Part shown: one piece after another, positions 61,786-64,000 of the stretch
How positions within the stretch are numbered: position 1 is the first letter of the stretch
How the letters are laid out: every line of letters starts with the position of its first letter
Source: a candidate division FCPU426 bacterium
GTDB taxonomy: Bacteria > Oederibacteriota > JAAXVQ01 > JAUVAV01
Length of the DNA: 64,000 bases
Assembly (NCBI GenBank): GCA_040756875.1
Contig: JBFLYH010000001.1
Location: 1,024,001-1,088,000, forward strand
Reading direction: 5' to 3'
Notes under the pieces: model-generated
Told to the model about the DNA's origin: nothing
The model's database searches: none
What the model saw: the letters and a program-made list of their open reading frames with translations, nothing else
Position numbers and translations under genes: made by a program

Positions 61786-63915
61786 TTATCCCGCCAATGC
61801 CCGCTGTTCTTTTTCCAAGTACAGCGAGGCGTAAATCCGGCGCAATGCCGCGTGCTCCGGCCGGCTGAGCTCAGGGTCCGCTTCCAGGATGCCGCCGGCT
61901 GCCTGGCGCGCGGCTTCGATCTGGTCTGCGTCGCGGATCAAATGTGCGAGCTTGAGATCCGGCAGGCCGTGCTGCCTGAGCCCGAAGAACTCGCCCGGCC
62001 CGCGCAGGGCCAGATCCTCCTCGGCCAGCTTGAAGCCGTCGCGCACTTGGCTCATAACTTCGAGCCGGCGCTTCCCCTCTTCGGTGGTGGGCTCGCCGAT
62101 CAGGAAACACTGTGCCGGTTTCGAACTCCGGCCCACCCTTCCGCGCAACTGGTGCAGGCTGGCCAGGCCGAACCGCTCCGCGTTCTCGATGATCATGACC
62201 GTGGCATTGGGAATGTCCACGCCCACTTCCACCACAGTGGTCGCGGCCAGGATCTGGGTGCGGCCGGCCGCGAACTCGGCCATGATGCGCTCCTTGTCCG
62301 GAGTCGGCAGCCGGCCGTGCAGCAACCCCAGGCGGCAGTCAGGAAAGACGCGTTCCAGGCGCTGGTATTCAGTGGCCAGGGCTTTCAAGTCCAGCTTCTC
62401 GGATTCCTCGATCGCCGGGAACACCACGAAGCCCTGCTGCCCCGCGGCTACGGCCTGGGCCAGTTGCTCGTAGGCCTTGCGGCCGGCCGAGCGCCGCAGC
62501 CATTCCGTGTGCACGGGGATGCGGCCGGGCGGAAGCTCGTCGAGCACGCTCACGTCCAGGTCGCCGTACACGGTCAAGGCCAGGGTCCGGGGGATGGGCG
62601 TGGCCGTCATGACCAGCACGTGCGGATGCTCGCCCTTGGCGCGCAACAGGCTCCGCTGCTCCACGCCGAAACGGTGCTGTTCGTCCACCACGGCCAGCCC
62701 CAGGTCGCTGAATTCGACGCCGGCCTGCGTCAGCGCGTGCGTGCCCACGGCCAGGTGGATCCGGCCCGAGGCCAGGTCCGCGCGCAAGCCGGCTTTGGCC
62801 TTGGCCGGCAGGCCCGAGGTGAACAATTCCAGGCGCAGGCCCAGCGGTTCCAGCAGGGGCTTCAGATTCAGGTAATGCTGGCCGGCCAGGATTTCCGTGG
62901 GCGCCATGAGCGCAGCCTGCCGGCCGCTGTCCGCCGCGGCCAGCATGGCCAGGGCGGCCACGATGGTCTTGCCCGAGCCCACGTCGCCCTGCAGCAGCCG
63001 GTGCATGGGCCGCGCCAGCCCGAGATCGCGGCAGATTTCCTGCGTGGCCCGTTCCTGGGCCGTGGTCAGGGCAAACGGCAGGTTCTGCCGGAAGCGCGCG
63101 GCCAGCGGCCCGTTGACCTGCAGGGGCTGGCTGTGCTGGTGCTGGTAGCGGCGCTTCAGCCGGACCACGGCGATCTGCTGCAGAAACAGCTCCTCGAACA
63201 CCAGCCGGGCCCGGGCCCGGGCCAGCGAGTCCTGGTCCGGCGGGAAGTGGATGCTGCGCAGCGCCTGCGCGGCCGGGGCAAAACTTTTTTCCGCGGTCAG
63301 CGCGGGCGGCAGGGGGTCGGGCCAATCGTCCGGGATCTGCCCGACCAAGGCGTGCACCAGGCTTCTCACCACGCGCTGGGAGAGCCGCTCAGTCAGCGGG
63401 TAGATGGGCACGATCCGTCCCGTGTGGATCGACTCCTCGGTTTCATCCTCCAGGATTTCATAGTCTGGATTCAGGACCTGCCAGGACCGATGAAACTCCA
63501 CCTTGCCATAGGCCAGCACGCGCTGCCCGTTTTGGAAGCGCTCCATGAGATACGGCTGGTTGAACCACGTGGCCGCGATGTGGCCGGTGCCGTCCTCGAG
63601 TACCACTTTGGTGATTTTCAGGCCGCGCCGGACCGTGAATGTCTGGCGGGCTTTGACCCTGCCGTCCACCAAAGCCGTCTGGCCGTGGCGCAGGATCGCG
63701 ATCTTGGCCGGAGAACGGCGGTCCTGCCAGTCCCGGGGATAGTGCCGCAGCAGGTCCTCGGCCGTGTGCACGCCCAGGTTGGCGAACAGTTTCGCCCGCT
63801 GCGGGCCCACGCCTTTGATATATTGCACCGGGTCCTGCCACTGGAACCCCCCGGCGACCGAAGGTGCCGGGGTACCACTCCTGCCATGCGCTTTCCGCAT
63901 GGCAGGCGGCGACAT
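61786..63915 (-). CDS. recG: ATP-dependent DNA helicase RecG
   Basis: LQGDVGSGKT, DEQHRFG, MTATPIPRTL, QLRGRVGR and RGPGEFFG motifs. Confidence 0.97.
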   Translation of the reverse strand: MSPPAMRKAHGRSGTPAPSVAGGFQWQDPVQYIKGVGPQRAKLFANLGVHTAEDLLRHYPRDWQDRRSPAKIAILRHGQTALVDGRVKARQTFTVRRGLKITKVVLEDGTGHIAATWFNQPYLMERFQNGQRVLAYGKVEFHRSWQVLNPDYEILEDETEESIHTGRIVPIYPLTERLSQRVVRSLVHALVGQIPDDWPDPLPPALTAEKSFAPAAQALRSIHFPPDQDSLARARARLVFEELFLQQIAVVRLKRRYQHQHSQPLQVNGPLAARFRQNLPFALTTAQERATQEICRDLGLARPMHRLLQGDVGSGKTIVAALAMLAAADSGRQAALMAPTEILAGQHYLNLKPLLEPLGLRLELFTSGLPAKAKAGLRADLASGRIHLAVGTHALTQAGVEFSDLGLAVVDEQHRFGVEQRSLLRAKGEHPHVLVMTATPIPRTLALTVYGDLDVSVLDELPPGRIPVHTEWLRRSAGRKAYEQLAQAVAAGQQGFVVFPAIEESEKLDLKALATEYQRLERVFPDCRLGLLHGRLPTPDKERIMAEFAAGRTQILAATTVVEVGVDIPNATVMIIENAERFGLASLHQLRGRVGRSSKPAQCFLIGEPTTEEGKRRLEVMSQVRDGFKLAEEDLALRGPGEFFGLRQHGLPDLKLAHLIRDADQIEAARQAAGGILEADPELSRPEHAALRRIYASLYLEKEQRALAG

Positions 63916-64000
63916 CCCCGCAGCAGGAGATTCACATTTATCACTCCTGCGAAGGGGAACGATGGGCCGGGCCGGGGCTGCCGGAGCCGCGGCTGGCGTG

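Overview
Bacterial DNA with nearly all real genes on the minus strand and two distinct halves. (1) About 1-20.7 kb is an AT-richer accessory island built from two tandem, diverged modules. Each module reads: HUH/Y1 (RAYT-like) transposase bracketed by 26-28 bp GGGG-ended terminal inverted repeats -> shared 85-bp promoter/RBS repeat -> secreted 7-blade propeller with Pro/Thr linker and T9SS-like tail -> secreted partner gene(s) -> secreted M23 peptidase. One M23 gene appears cut exactly at a transposase repeat. The other is a >2,080-aa ORF missing from the supplied ORF track because it runs off the left edge; it also carries an apparently inactive alpha/beta-hydrolase domain. (2) About 20.8-64 kb is a GC-rich backbone (DUF2079-like, secF, secD, HEAT-repeat protein, rsmD, response regulator, two P-II genes, DUF1538, recG). 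It contains a 30-kb, ~10,000-aa membrane-threaded multi-enzyme giant gene with TraB/ChaN-like, zincin, methyltransferase, GNAT, transglutaminase, HAD (one circularly permuted), KdtA-like and aldose-epimerase domains, separated by repeated membrane linker cassettes. No rRNA, tRNA or CRISPR-cas was recognised. Domain calls come from reading motifs by eye, not from database searches, and internal domain boundaries are approximate.
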